NCBI GenBank assembly: GCA_027483345.1
Contig: JAIXUV010000034.1
Span: 936 to 64,935 of the forward strand
DNA: 64,000 nt
Origin: Verrucomicrobiales bacterium
Lineage (GTDB): Bacteria > Verrucomicrobiota > Verrucomicrobiia > Limisphaerales > UBA9464
Direction: 5' to 3'
Below are positions 8,793 to 18,868 of the stretch, in pieces (the stretch's first letter is position 1; every line of letters starts with the position of its first letter). Below the pieces are notes generated by a model. It had not been told where the DNA came from and searched no databases. It worked only from the letters and a program-made list of their open reading frames with translations. Made by a program: the position numbers and the translations under genes.

Positions 8793-11026
8793 ACGGTTCC
8801 CTCAACGGACGACCATCCCCAACGCCCGGCCGCATCCGGACCGGAAGCCTGCTTGCCGGATTCCTGCTGCTCTTCGGCCTCCTGATGCTCAAGGCGCGGG
8901 CGGAGATCCAACTGGATGTCTTCGCCGGCTACGAAGGCGCCGCCCGAATGGGACACTGGTTCCCGGTGGCCGTGGAGGTCTTCAACGACGGAGGGGCGTT
9001 CGATGCGACGATCGAACTCGGGTTCGGCGGCGCCACCTCGGACCGTCAGGTACTCCGGGAATCGCTTCCTACCGGCACCCGGAAACGCTTCCTGCTCTCC
9101 GCCTACGCGTCTTCCGCGAACGCCTCAGGCGTCCACGTCCGCGTCGCCGACTCCCTCGGCAAGACCCTGGCGGAACGAACCCAGAACCTGGCCTTCGTCC
9201 CCGCGGAAGGGGCGGTGCTTGGCGCCATCCCGGCCACGTCCAGCGGACTCCCATCCATGCCCGGAGCTTCGTCGGAAGCTTGGGACGGCAGCATCCGGAT
9301 CGCCCGGATGGATCCCGCCTACTTCCCGGAAAACCCGCTCGCGCTGGAAGGTCTCGGCGGACTCTACCTGCACTCCGACCGGCTGGCCTCGTTCCGACCG
9401 GCCCAGGTCGACGCGCTCCTCGCCTGGGTCCACAACGGCGGCCACCTGGTCCTCGCCCTCGAGCAGGTCACCGGCGCGGACTCGGCACCTGCGCTGAAAT
9501 CCCTCCTGCCCATCCAGCCGCGGAACAGCGGTGCCATCGTCGTCGGGCCAGCCCTTCTCGAATGGATCCGGTCGGCCCCGGCACGTCCCTCCCACGGATT
9601 CGAGTCGCCCTCGCCTCGCCTGCGGTCTCGGAAGGGCAAGGATGAGGACCAACCTCCAAGATCGGGGCGGCTCTTCCAGACGGCCCCGGGCGACGGCCTC
9701 GACCGGGGTTTGGAAAGTTCGACGGTCCTCGGACCGCTGGCACCGAACGCCCGTCCGATGATTTCGGCCGGCGGAACGACCATCGCCTCGACCCGGGCGG
9801 TGGGTTGGGGTCGCGTCACCCTTCTCGGCTGGAATCCGGAACGGGAACCGCTCCGTGGTGCGGCGGCCGGCGGACACTTCTGGGCCGCCCTCTTCGGGGT
9901 GCCTCCGCAACTGCTCACCTCCGAGGCCTCGCTGACGTGGGCGGAACCGATGTTCGACGACGTGATGTCGGCCCTCGTCGAGACCGAACAGGTGCGCAAG
10001 CTTCCGATCGTCTCACTCCTGGCGCTGCTCGTGGTGTACCTGGTAGTGATCGGCCCCTTCGACCGCTGGCTGGTCCGCCGCCTCCGGAAGCCGATGCTGA
10101 CCTGGGTCACCTTCCCGGCCTATGTCGTCGCTTTCTCCCTGATGCTCTACGCCATCGGCTTCCACCTGCGGGCCGGGAAGACGGAGTGGAACGAGATCCA
10201 CCTCGCCGACCTGCACCCTCTCGGGACCAACGGCGCGGTCGTGGGCGTCCGCGGCAGGACCTACGGTTCGGTCTATTCCCCTTCAAACGAGCGCTACGCG
10301 TTGTCGTTGGACCGGGATTCTGCCGGGTTCCGCCGACCCTTCGGCGAGATGGACCTCGTCGGCGGCAATTCCGGGCTCCTGAGCCGCGGCAAGGCTGAGG
10401 GGATGGATGCAGAACTCTTCGTGCCGATCTGGACCAGCCGCACCGCCGCAGCCGAGTGGGCCGGCACGGCGACCGCCCCATTCGAGGCGGCCCTTTCCGC
10501 CGATGGCGCCAACGTTTCCTTCCGCAACACAGGTCCCGACCGCATCACCGCCATCTGGGTTGTCGAATCCGGGTTGGTGCACGGCCCGATCCGGGACCTT
10601 CCGCCGGGTGGAACCGCGGCGCTGAACCGCAGATCCGGCGGCGGCGTCTCCCGGATGGGTTTCCTGGAAGAACACCTTCCCCGGTTCCGTTCCGTACTGA
10701 ACCACCGTCGGTCCATGTTCGGCCGCAGCGACGATCCGCCGCGCCTCACCGACCGGGGCGCAACGGTGGTCGCGGCCTCCATCCTGGGTACGGACGTGCC
10801 CCCTCCTGAGGAAGCGGGCGAGCGGGAAGAGGATCGGGGATACCGAAGCCGCGGCGCCACCGGCCAGGACATGTCCTCGCTGCTGCGGGACGAGGGCCTG
10901 CTCGTCTTCGCGTTGGTCGAGGACCATCGGCCTTCCGGTCCACTGAACCGCTTCGAGGTTTCCCGCCACCGGACGACCACCGTCTTCCGGATGCTGCTCC
11001 GTCCCCAGAATCCCAGCCGCCCATGA
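8789..11026 (+). CDS. Large exported/membrane hypothetical protein linked to an ABC system
   Basis: Signal-like N-terminus, G.WFPV.VEV.N motif, WVHNGGHLV (class I GATase-like segment), two central TM helices (LLVVYLVVIGPFD..TWVTFPA); overlaps neighbours by ATGA. Confidence 0.75.
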   Translation: MNGSLNGRPSPTPGRIRTGSLLAGFLLLFGLLMLKARAEIQLDVFAGYEGAARMGHWFPVAVEVFNDGGAFDATIELGFGGATSDRQVLRESLPTGTRKRFLLSAYASSANASGVHVRVADSLGKTLAERTQNLAFVPAEGAVLGAIPATSSGLPSMPGASSEAWDGSIRIARMDPAYFPENPLALEGLGGLYLHSDRLASFRPAQVDALLAWVHNGGHLVLALEQVTGADSAPALKSLLPIQPRNSGAIVVGPALLEWIRSAPARPSHGFESPSPRLRSRKGKDEDQPPRSGRLFQTAPGDGLDRGLESSTVLGPLAPNARPMISAGGTTIASTRAVGWGRVTLLGWNPEREPLRGAAAGGHFWAALFGVPPQLLTSEASLTWAEPMFDDVMSALVETEQVRKLPIVSLLALLVVYLVVIGPFDRWLVRRLRKPMLTWVTFPAYVVAFSLMLYAIGFHLRAGKTEWNEIHLADLHPLGTNGAVVGVRGRTYGSVYSPSNERYALSLDRDSAGFRRPFGEMDLVGGNSGLLSRGKAEGMDAELFVPIWTSRTAAAEWAGTATAPFEAALSADGANVSFRNTGPDRITAIWVVESGLVHGPIRDLPPGGTAALNRRSGGGVSRMGFLEEHLPRFRSVLNHRRSMFGRSDDPPRLTDRGATVVAASILGTDVPPPEEAGEREEDRGYRSRGATGQDMSSLLRDEGLLVFALVEDHRPSGPLNRFEVSRHRTTTVFRMLLRPQNPSRP

Positions 11027-12000
11027 ATCCCGGTGCCGCCGCCGCCAATCCACCCCCGGTTCCCCCGGGGCCCGCCGTCCAGACCTTCGGGCTCACCCGC
11101 GCCTACGGCACGATGACGGCGCTCGACCGGCTCGACCTGACCGTACAGCGCGGGGACCTCTTCGGCTTCATCGGCTCCAACGGCGCCGGGAAGACGACGA
11201 CGCTCCGGATCCTCGCCACGTTCCTCACCCCCAGCGCAGGCACAGCGCGGATCTTCGACAAGGACGTCGTCACCGAAGCCGACCAGGTGCGCCACCTCAT
11301 CGGCTACATGCCGGACTTCTTCGGCGTGTACAAGGACATGGAGGTCACCGAGTACCTCGACTTCTTCGGGGCGTGCTACCGCATTCCCGCGGAACGCCGG
11401 GAACGGACCGTCGCCGACGTCCTCGAGCTGGTGGGTCTGACCGGCAAACGGGGTTCCGTCATCGGCGCCCTGAGCCGCGGCATGCAACAGCGCTTGGGCC
11501 TCGCTCGGGTGTTGATCCACGATCCCCAGCTGCTGCTGCTCGACGAGCCGGCCTCGGGCCTCGATCCGCGGGCCCGCATCGAGATGATGGCGATCCTGCA
11601 GGAGCTCCGGCGGATGGGTAAGACCATCATCATCAGCTCCCACATCCTCAGCGAGCTGCAGGCGCTGTGCAACCGGTGCGCGATCATCGAGCGGGGCCGC
11701 CTGATCTATTCCGGTCCCGTGCAGGGGGCCGGCGGCCCGGCCTCCGCAGGGCCTGTGTACCTGGTCCGGTCGCATTCGGAGCCGGAGACGGTCGCACGCT
11801 GTCTCCAGGGTGCGGAGGGCATCCTCGAGGCCACGCCGCTCGAACGGCAGGTCCGCGTCGTCCTCGCCAGCCCCGACGCCGATCCCTCCGTGATCGCCCG
11901 CACGCTGGTCAACGCGGGACTGGGGGTCCTGGAATTGAAGCCGGAGGAGGTCGGACTCGAGGAGGTGTTCCTCCGAGTCACCCGGGGCGAGACCCAGTAG
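11023..12000 (+). CDS. ABC transporter ATP-binding protein (exporter type)
   Basis: GSNGAGKTT, LSRGMQQR, LLLLDEPASGLDP, ISSH. Confidence 0.95.
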   Translation: MNPGAAAANPPPVPPGPAVQTFGLTRAYGTMTALDRLDLTVQRGDLFGFIGSNGAGKTTTLRILATFLTPSAGTARIFDKDVVTEADQVRHLIGYMPDFFGVYKDMEVTEYLDFFGACYRIPAERRERTVADVLELVGLTGKRGSVIGALSRGMQQRLGLARVLIHDPQLLLLDEPASGLDPRARIEMMAILQELRRMGKTIIISSHILSELQALCNRCAIIERGRLIYSGPVQGAGGPASAGPVYLVRSHSEPETVARCLQGAEGILEATPLERQVRVVLASPDADPSVIARTLVNAGLGVLELKPEEVGLEEVFLRVTRGETQ

Positions 12001-12014
12001 GTCGAGGACAGACC

Positions 12015-13532
12015 ATGGGATTCACGGCCTCCCCCGCCTTCCGCCGCGAGCTGCTGGAGATGGCGCGGAGATCGACCACCCATGTCGTCCGGTCCCTTGC
12101 CGTCGCGGTGATGGCGGTGGTCGTCTGGAATGCCGTCGAGCCGCTCCGTCTCGGGGCCGCGACCTCGGGCCGCCCCCTCTTCATCGGCCTGAACCGCCTC
12201 GTGTTCGCCTTCCTCTGGATCGTGGGTCCGCTCCTGACGGCGGACTGCATCAGCCGTGAGAAGCGCGAGGGGACCATCGGCCTGCTCTTCCTCACCCCGC
12301 TACGGCCCATCGAGGTGGTCCTGTCCAAGGTCGCCGCTCACTGCCTCCAAGGCGCCTCCGTCCTCCTCGCGATCGTGCCGATCCTGGTGGTCCCCATGCT
12401 CCTCGGCGGCATCACCTTCCCCGACGTCGTCCGGATGGCGCTCTTCCAGTCGGCGGCCCTCGCCTTGGCGCTGACGTCGGGCCTGCTGGCCTCGTCCCTG
12501 TGTCGCGATGGACTGCTGGCCCGCCTGGCCGCGGTCGGGTTCTCCACCGCCGCGGCGGCCGGTGTGGTGCTCCTCCATGTGACGACCGCGACCCTGGGAC
12601 AACACCTCGCGACGCCTTCGAACCTGCTGGTCCGCTCGTTCGAGGACTCGTGGTTCCTGCGGTGGCGGATGCTCTGGTGGACCTCCGGGCTGCAATACGG
12701 CTCCGTGAACTTCCTCTCGGCGCCCCAGATCAACACCGGCACGGGTTGGATCGACGTCGCCGCGGCGGCTGGCGTCCTGGCCCTCTCACTGGTGGCCGTC
12801 CTCGCCGCGGTCCATCTCGCGGGCCGCGCACTCGTCCGGACCTGGCGTCCCGCGGAGCAACCGTCCCGCGGTTCCACCCCGTCGGACTGCATCGGGAATC
12901 CGTCGCACCGGATCGTCTGGGATCCAGCAGCCTGGCTGGTGCGTCGTGTGGACGGCCCCCTCCATGATCCCCGGCTTTGGCTGCTGCTGGGTTTCGCCGT
13001 CGGGATCCTGCTCGCCGGGACCTTCAGCCGTCGGCCGGGCGAACAGCGCGATCTCCTGCTGGCGGCCCTTTGCTCCGGGAGCGCGCTCCATTCATGGAGG
13101 CGGATCTTCCAGACCGAGGCCGACGAACTGCTCCGTACAACCCCATTGCCTCCAGAAGGCCTGCTCCGTGCGTGGCAGTTGCGCGTCCGCATCGCCGGGG
13201 TTTTCGGCGCCGTCGGTGCCGCCGCGGGCAGCCAACTCATGGGATGGCTGCGGAACGGGCGCCTCCCGGTTCCGGCCGAAGCGCTTCCCTGGCTGGCGGG
13301 GCTCCAGCTCTGGATGCTGGCGATTCCCCCGATGACCGTCCTGATCCATCGCGCCGGGCTTCCCGTGGCGGTGTCCATCGGGGGGCCGCTGCTTTTCCGC
13401 GAGCTGTGGGAATGGGGCTGGCGCGGGTTCGATCCCGAGGGGGCTTCGGGCACTTGGCTTGCCCGGATCGTCCTCGGGATGCTGCTGATCCTGCTCTTGG
13501 AAAGGACGGTCCGGAAATCCGGCCGAGGCTGA
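12015..13532 (+). CDS. ABC-2-type permease-like membrane protein
   Basis: TADCISREKREGTIGLLFLTPL motif; multiple TM segments. Confidence 0.8.
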   Translation: MGFTASPAFRRELLEMARRSTTHVVRSLAVAVMAVVVWNAVEPLRLGAATSGRPLFIGLNRLVFAFLWIVGPLLTADCISREKREGTIGLLFLTPLRPIEVVLSKVAAHCLQGASVLLAIVPILVVPMLLGGITFPDVVRMALFQSAALALALTSGLLASSLCRDGLLARLAAVGFSTAAAAGVVLLHVTTATLGQHLATPSNLLVRSFEDSWFLRWRMLWWTSGLQYGSVNFLSAPQINTGTGWIDVAAAAGVLALSLVAVLAAVHLAGRALVRTWRPAEQPSRGSTPSDCIGNPSHRIVWDPAAWLVRRVDGPLHDPRLWLLLGFAVGILLAGTFSRRPGEQRDLLLAALCSGSALHSWRRIFQTEADELLRTTPLPPEGLLRAWQLRVRIAGVFGAVGAAAGSQLMGWLRNGRLPVPAEALPWLAGLQLWMLAIPPMTVLIHRAGLPVAVSIGGPLLFRELWEWGWRGFDPEGASGTWLARIVLGMLLILLLERTVRKSGRG

Positions 13533-13587
13533 TCCGGCCGCGATTGCGCTTCACCTCGGCGTCGCGTTTCCGCATTTTCCCGGCGCC

Positions 13588-14658
13588 GTGATCAGCACCA
13601 CCTCCGAGTTGAGGGATTTCGCCGCACGCATTCGGCAGTCCGAATGGGTCGCACTCGACACCGAAGCGGACTCCCTCCATGCCTACCCGGAGAAGCTGTG
13701 CCTGCTCCAGGTCGCCATCCCGGGCGAAGCCGTCCTCGTGGATCCCCTCGCCGACCTCCACCTGGAACCGATCTGGGAGGCGATGGACGACCACGAGATC
13801 ATCTTCCACGCGGCCGACTACGACCTCCGGCTGCTGTTCCAGGGCCACCATTTCAGGCCCTCGCGGATCTTCGACACGATGTGGGCGGCGCGGCTCCTCG
13901 GCGAGACGCGGTTCGGGCTCAACGACGTCCTGACCAAGGAACTCGGCATCACCCTCGAGAAGGGAGCCCAGAAGGCCAACTGGGGCCGGCGGCCGCTCAC
14001 CGACAAGATGATCCAGTACGCCCTCAACGACGTGCTGCACCTGCGTCCGCTGGAACGCCGGCTGCGTTCGCGGCTCGAGGAACTGGGTCGCCTCGACTGG
14101 CACCGGCAGTCGTGCGGGCGCCTGGTCGAGGACTGCTGTCAGCCCGAGAAGATCGACGAGAACTCCGTCTGGCGTTCCAAGGGCCACGACAAGCTCGATC
14201 CGCTGGGACTCGCCGTGCTGCGCGAAGTCTGGCACTGGCGGGAGAAGGACGCCTTCCGGACCGGACGCCCGCCCTTCTTCATCCTCAAGCACGAGACGAT
14301 GGCGGAGATCGCCGCGGAGGCCGCCTCGAAGAATTCCACACGCAGCCTGACGCTTCCGCATTTCCTGACCTCGAAGCGCCGCGCCGACCTGGTTGCGGCC
14401 GTCCGTCGGGGGCTGGAGGTTCCGGAGGACCAGCGTCCGCGGCCGATCCGGGTCCATTCGCGCCGGATGACCCGTGAAGAACTCGACGAGGCCGACCGCA
14501 TCGGGAAGCGTCGGGACCAGAAGGCCAAGGAGCTGGGAATCGATCCGACGCTGATCGCGTCGAAGGCGACCCTCTTCGCCCTGGGACGCAACGAGCCCGG
14601 GGCTTGGGACGACCTGCTCGACTGGCAGTACGACCTGCTTTCGGACCGCTCCGCCTGA
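13588..14658 (+). CDS. rnd: Ribonuclease D (DEDD exonuclease + HRDC)
   Basis: ALDTEADSLHAY..LCLLQV, FHAADYD, W.RRPLT..YALNDV; GTG start. Confidence 0.9.
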   Translation: MISTTSELRDFAARIRQSEWVALDTEADSLHAYPEKLCLLQVAIPGEAVLVDPLADLHLEPIWEAMDDHEIIFHAADYDLRLLFQGHHFRPSRIFDTMWAARLLGETRFGLNDVLTKELGITLEKGAQKANWGRRPLTDKMIQYALNDVLHLRPLERRLRSRLEELGRLDWHRQSCGRLVEDCCQPEKIDENSVWRSKGHDKLDPLGLAVLREVWHWREKDAFRTGRPPFFILKHETMAEIAAEAASKNSTRSLTLPHFLTSKRRADLVAAVRRGLEVPEDQRPRPIRVHSRRMTREELDEADRIGKRRDQKAKELGIDPTLIASKATLFALGRNEPGAWDDLLDWQYDLLSDRSA

Positions 14659-14694
14659 TCCGCGCCGAATCCGGTCGGCAACCGGATTCCCATC

Positions 14695-15192
14695 TCAGAG
14701 CATTCCAGCCCGGGCCGACTCGGCGGTGGCCACGGACTCCAGCTTCTTGAAGTTCCCGGCCTCGCAGCACGAAACGAAGGTCTCGGTGGAGCGCTTCAGT
14801 TCCTCCCAGCGGGCGCGGATCTTCCGGGCTTCCCCTTCGTCGATGTGGTTGTCCGCCGCGGCGCTGGCGATCACCGCCAGCAGATCCGCGAACTCCTGCA
14901 CCACGCCGTTGGTGGCCGGGATCAGGTAGTCCGGGTGGGAATGATGGGTCTTCGGATTGCGGATGAAGAAGCCCCCGGTCCTTTGGCAGAGCCAGTGGAT
15001 CAACCGCAGGTCCCGGGTGCTCTGCGTGAGCTGGTCCATGCGGTCCAGGGGATTGTAGGAAGCCGTCATGGCCTCCGGATCCGGCTTCTCCGCCCACTTG
15101 TAGATCAACGAGAGCGAGAGGTTCATGTCGGAAGCGATCTGCTTGGCGCTGGTGGACTTCAACACCTCCCGCATCACCTCGTGGGATTCCAT
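14695..15192 (-). CDS. Phage CII/CP76-like regulatory protein
   Basis: N-terminal HTH-like KQIASDMNLSLSLIYKWAE, NPLDR, WLCQRTGGFF, DNHIDEGEARKIR. Confidence 0.65.
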   Translation of the reverse strand: MESHEVMREVLKSTSAKQIASDMNLSLSLIYKWAEKPDPEAMTASYNPLDRMDQLTQSTRDLRLIHWLCQRTGGFFIRNPKTHHSHPDYLIPATNGVVQEFADLLAVIASAAADNHIDEGEARKIRARWEELKRSTETFVSCCEAGNFKKLESVATAESARAGML

Positions 15193-15284
15193 GAGCCGTT
15201 TGTTATCAGGCCCACGGACGATTGGGAAGTGGGACGCGGAGATTCCGCGTGATCCGACGTCGGTGGCCGTGCTTCCGTCCTCCC

Positions 15285-16760
15285 GTGACTCCGAGCGTCA
15301 TCCTCGCCTGTGTCGCGGCGTACTTCGCCGTGCTCATCGGTGTCGCTTGGTGGACCGGACGGGCGGCCGGGAACGAAGGCTATTTCCGGGGCAACCGCCG
15401 CTCCCCTTGGGTGGTGGTGGCGCTTGGACTGATTGGCGACTCCCTCTCCGGGGTCAGCTACATCTCCGTCCCAGGCAAGGTGGCCCGGGACCACTTCGAG
15501 TACCTTGCCGTCGTCTTCGGCTATGCACTGGGTTACCTGGTGATCTGCGGCATCCTCCTGCCGCACTACTACCGGCTGGGCCTCACCTCGATCTACGGCT
15601 TCCTTGGACAACGCTTCGGCCCGGCGGCCCAGAAGACAGGCTCGGGATTCTTCCTCCTCTCCCGGGTCTTCGGATCGTCCGCCCGACTCCTGCTTTCGAT
15701 CACCGTCTTCCAGACATTCGTCTTCGACGCGTGGGGCGTGCCCTTTTGGACCACGGCCGCGGTCATCATCGGGTTGATCCTGATCTACACCCTCCAGGGC
15801 GGCATCAAGACCCTGGTCTGGACCGACACCATCCAGAGCGGATTCCTGGTGCTGGGAGTGGTGGTCTGCGCCGGCTCTTTGTTGCGACAGCTCGACATTG
15901 GACCGGTGGACCTGCTCCGGATGCTCCGTTCGGCCCCGGAAACCGCGATCTACAATGGGGACTGGCGCAGCGCCGGGTTCTTCTGGAAGCAGCTGGTCTC
16001 AGGGGCGGCGATCGCCGTGGTGATGACCGGACTCGACCAGAACAACATGCAGAAGACGCTGTCCTGCAAGACCCTGTCGGACGCCCGGAAGAACTTCGCC
16101 CTGTTCACGCCGATCATGGTCCTGGTGAACCTGGCGATCCTGGTGCTGGGCGCCCTGCTCTTCCGGTTCGCGGCCGAACGCGGGATCGGCATTCCGGCGC
16201 GGACGGACGAGCTGTTTCCGCGGATCGCCCTGCAACACCTAGGAACGTCCACCGCGGTCGTGTTCCTCCTGGGATTGACCGCCGCGACCTTCAATAGCGC
16301 CGACTCGGTTCTGACCACGCTGACCACCAGCTTCTGCGTGGACTTCCTCGGCTTCGAGCAGCGCAAGGACCTGGGCGAGGAAGCGCGGGTCGGACTGCGG
16401 CGGCGGGTCCATGTCGCCTTCGCCGGCGTGCTGCTGGCGACGATCCTGATCTTCCGGAGCCTAGCGGAAGGCCTGCCGCTCATCGACGTGGTGCTCAAGG
16501 TCGCCGGCTACACCTACGGCCCCCTGCTGGGCCTGTTCTTCGTCGGACTGGCCACCCGGATCCGTGTCTCGGGTGCCGCGATTCCCGTCGTGGCCCTGGT
16601 TTCGATGCTTTTGGCCGGAATCTTGGACCTGGCTTCCACTCGGTGGTGGAATGGGTTCCGCTTCGGGACCGAGCTGATCCTCGTCAATGCCTTGATGACA
16701 GGTCTTGGGCTGGTACTCTGTGGGCGGTTTCAATCAAGAGCGGTGCCCCGGGATTGCTAG
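15285..16760 (+). CDS. Sodium:solute symporter (SSS) family protein
   Basis: YFRGNRRSPW, GGIKTLVWTDTIQ, GLDQNNMQKTLSC; GTG start estimated. Confidence 0.92.
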   Translation: MTPSVILACVAAYFAVLIGVAWWTGRAAGNEGYFRGNRRSPWVVVALGLIGDSLSGVSYISVPGKVARDHFEYLAVVFGYALGYLVICGILLPHYYRLGLTSIYGFLGQRFGPAAQKTGSGFFLLSRVFGSSARLLLSITVFQTFVFDAWGVPFWTTAAVIIGLILIYTLQGGIKTLVWTDTIQSGFLVLGVVVCAGSLLRQLDIGPVDLLRMLRSAPETAIYNGDWRSAGFFWKQLVSGAAIAVVMTGLDQNNMQKTLSCKTLSDARKNFALFTPIMVLVNLAILVLGALLFRFAAERGIGIPARTDELFPRIALQHLGTSTAVVFLLGLTAATFNSADSVLTTLTTSFCVDFLGFEQRKDLGEEARVGLRRRVHVAFAGVLLATILIFRSLAEGLPLIDVVLKVAGYTYGPLLGLFFVGLATRIRVSGAAIPVVALVSMLLAGILDLASTRWWNGFRFGTELILVNALMTGLGLVLCGRFQSRAVPRDC

Positions 16761-16849
16761 CTACTTCATGCGGCTCAAATCTTTGTCGACCTTAACCTTA
16801 TATTCCCTCCAAGTTACTTCTCTGGAAAACCCAAACTTCAATCATCACA

Positions 16850-17734
16850 GTGAAATACTGGATCTTCTGGACCCGAATATTTGCAAAAGCAGCAGCAATC
16901 GGATTAGCCACATCCGCACCAATGCTTGGGGCAACTGTCGGACTAACAAACGCAACCGCAACGTTTTCCCAGCCTCCAATTGGAGGCTTTCCGCTATACC
17001 ATCCTAGTTACGCAATCGACACGAATCTAGTCAATGATGTTGGCTGGGGAATATTCCCGCAAACGGGCACCCAGAATGCTGCCGTTTTCGAAACTGTTGA
17101 AGATGTCGGATTCGTTGACGGATCCGTGATTCGAGTTGCCCTTCATCAGCTTCATCTCAATCCGCGTCATACACTTGGTCGATTTCGCATTTCGGTTACT
17201 CAAAGTCCCCGCAATCAATTTGCCGATGGACTCCCCACCGGAGGATCCGTCAACGCCAACTGGACCGCACTGACTCCGACGCGGGCTACTTCGACGAATG
17301 GAACAACCCTGAGCATACTTTCGGATAGCAGCGTACTCGCTTCCGGCCCCTCCCCCGCTCAGGATATCTATTTTCTAGAGTTTGAGACGTCACTAACCCT
17401 GATCACCGGGTTTAGAATCGAAGTGATTCCCGACAATTCGCTTCCTGGCAATGGTCCAGGGCGAGCCATCAATGGCAACTTTCTGTTGACCGAGATTTCG
17501 GCAGAGATTCTTCCGAGGTACCCAACCCTCGATATCCAAGTCTCGGAGGTTCAGATAAAGTGGGATTCTTCACTGAACCGTGTTTATCAGATTCAGTATT
17601 CCGAACCCGGCACGCTGGATCAATGGACCAATGCTGCGCCGGTCATCCCTGGAACGGGAGGAATTTTGACCTACTCTGATCGAACCTCCGCGGCAAGCCA
17701 GCGACAGTATCAAGTCATTTCCAGAAAACCTTGA
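16850..17734 (+). CDS. Secreted beta-rich hypothetical protein with verrucomicrobial-type C-terminal domain
   Basis: Signal peptide; ATATFSQ..AID..GWGIFP..LGRFRISVT..ITGFRIEV.PD.SLPGNGPGRA.NGNFLLTE; C-terminal YQIQYS..W..D..RQYQV. Confidence 0.8.
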   Translation: MKYWIFWTRIFAKAAAIGLATSAPMLGATVGLTNATATFSQPPIGGFPLYHPSYAIDTNLVNDVGWGIFPQTGTQNAAVFETVEDVGFVDGSVIRVALHQLHLNPRHTLGRFRISVTQSPRNQFADGLPTGGSVNANWTALTPTRATSTNGTTLSILSDSSVLASGPSPAQDIYFLEFETSLTLITGFRIEVIPDNSLPGNGPGRAINGNFLLTEISAEILPRYPTLDIQVSEVQIKWDSSLNRVYQIQYSEPGTLDQWTNAAPVIPGTGGILTYSDRTSAASQRQYQVISRKP

Positions 17735-17746
17735 ATCCCAGATAGA

Positions 17747-18859
17747 ATGTCGAATTCAACCCTTCCTACAGTCCGCAATTTCTACAAGGACAAGAAAGTC
17801 GCAATCACTGGACATACGGGGTTCAAAGGCTCGTGGCTTTCGCTGTGGCTTGCAAAGTTGGGAGCCAAGTGCCATGGCTTTAGCCTACCAACCCCCACCA
17901 ATCCGAGTTTGTTTCAGATTGTCGAAACCGCTGCTTTGCAAAGCAGCACGATCGGTGACATTCGTGACAGAGATTCCCTCAGAGAGTTTCTTTCAGTCAC
18001 ACGACCCGAAATTGTCTTCCACCTAGCAGCACAGGCTTTGGTTCGTCAGTCCTACAGCGAACCTATTGAAACGATAACCACCAACTTTCTTGGCACCGCG
18101 TACCTTTTGGAGGAGATTCGCAATCTGCGCATCAATTGTACCGTGGTTATTGTGACTACTGATAAGTGTTACGAGAATCGAGGTTGGGATTTCGGCTATC
18201 GCGAAAACGATCCCATGGGCGGAGCAGACGTTTACTCCGCAAGTAAGGCGGCGTGCGAATTGATCGTTTCCTCATGGTGGAAATCCTTCTACTATCCAGA
18301 TGCCGAATTGGGGTCCATTTCAACCGCTCGGGCCGGGAATGTCATTGGTGGCGGTGACTATGCCAAGGACCGCATTATCCCAGACCTGGTTCGAGCCAAA
18401 ATGTCTCAGTCCCTTTTGGAAATCAGAAACCCCGCAGCGACCCGTCCGTGGCAGCACGTTCTGGATTGCCTCGGCGGATACCTCGCACTTGGAGTCTATA
18501 CCGCCAATCAACCAAAGCATCCTTCGTTGATCTCATTCAACTTCGGCCCGGGACCTGGAGGAAATCTGCCTGTATCGGAACTTGTGCAGGAGTTCAGGAA
18601 ACATTGGGATTGCCCCTATGAGTTTCGGACCCAGAAAACCAACGCAAAAGAAGCGGAACGTCTGAACCTTTCGATTGAAAAGGCATTTGAGATACTTCGC
18701 TGGAAACCAGTTTGGACGTTGGAGGCTGCAGTGGAAAACACAGCAAACTGGTACCGCGCCCGGCATGAAATTGCCGACTCGAAAATGGTCGATTTCTCAA
18801 TGGATCAGATTCACCGTTTTGAGAGTGCTGCGTTGGAGTCTCGCGCGGCGTGGCTCTGA
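17747..18859 (+). CDS. rfbG: CDP-glucose 4,6-dehydratase
   Basis: ITGHTGFKGSWL, HLAAQALVR.SY, TTDKCYEN, YSASKA, ARAGNVIGGGD, RPWQHVLD. Confidence 0.95.
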   Translation: MSNSTLPTVRNFYKDKKVAITGHTGFKGSWLSLWLAKLGAKCHGFSLPTPTNPSLFQIVETAALQSSTIGDIRDRDSLREFLSVTRPEIVFHLAAQALVRQSYSEPIETITTNFLGTAYLLEEIRNLRINCTVVIVTTDKCYENRGWDFGYRENDPMGGADVYSASKAACELIVSSWWKSFYYPDAELGSISTARAGNVIGGGDYAKDRIIPDLVRAKMSQSLLEIRNPAATRPWQHVLDCLGGYLALGVYTANQPKHPSLISFNFGPGPGGNLPVSELVQEFRKHWDCPYEFRTQKTNAKEAERLNLSIEKAFEILRWKPVWTLEAAVENTANWYRARHEIADSKMVDFSMDQIHRFESAALESRAAWL

Positions 18860-18868
18860 AGATTGCCT

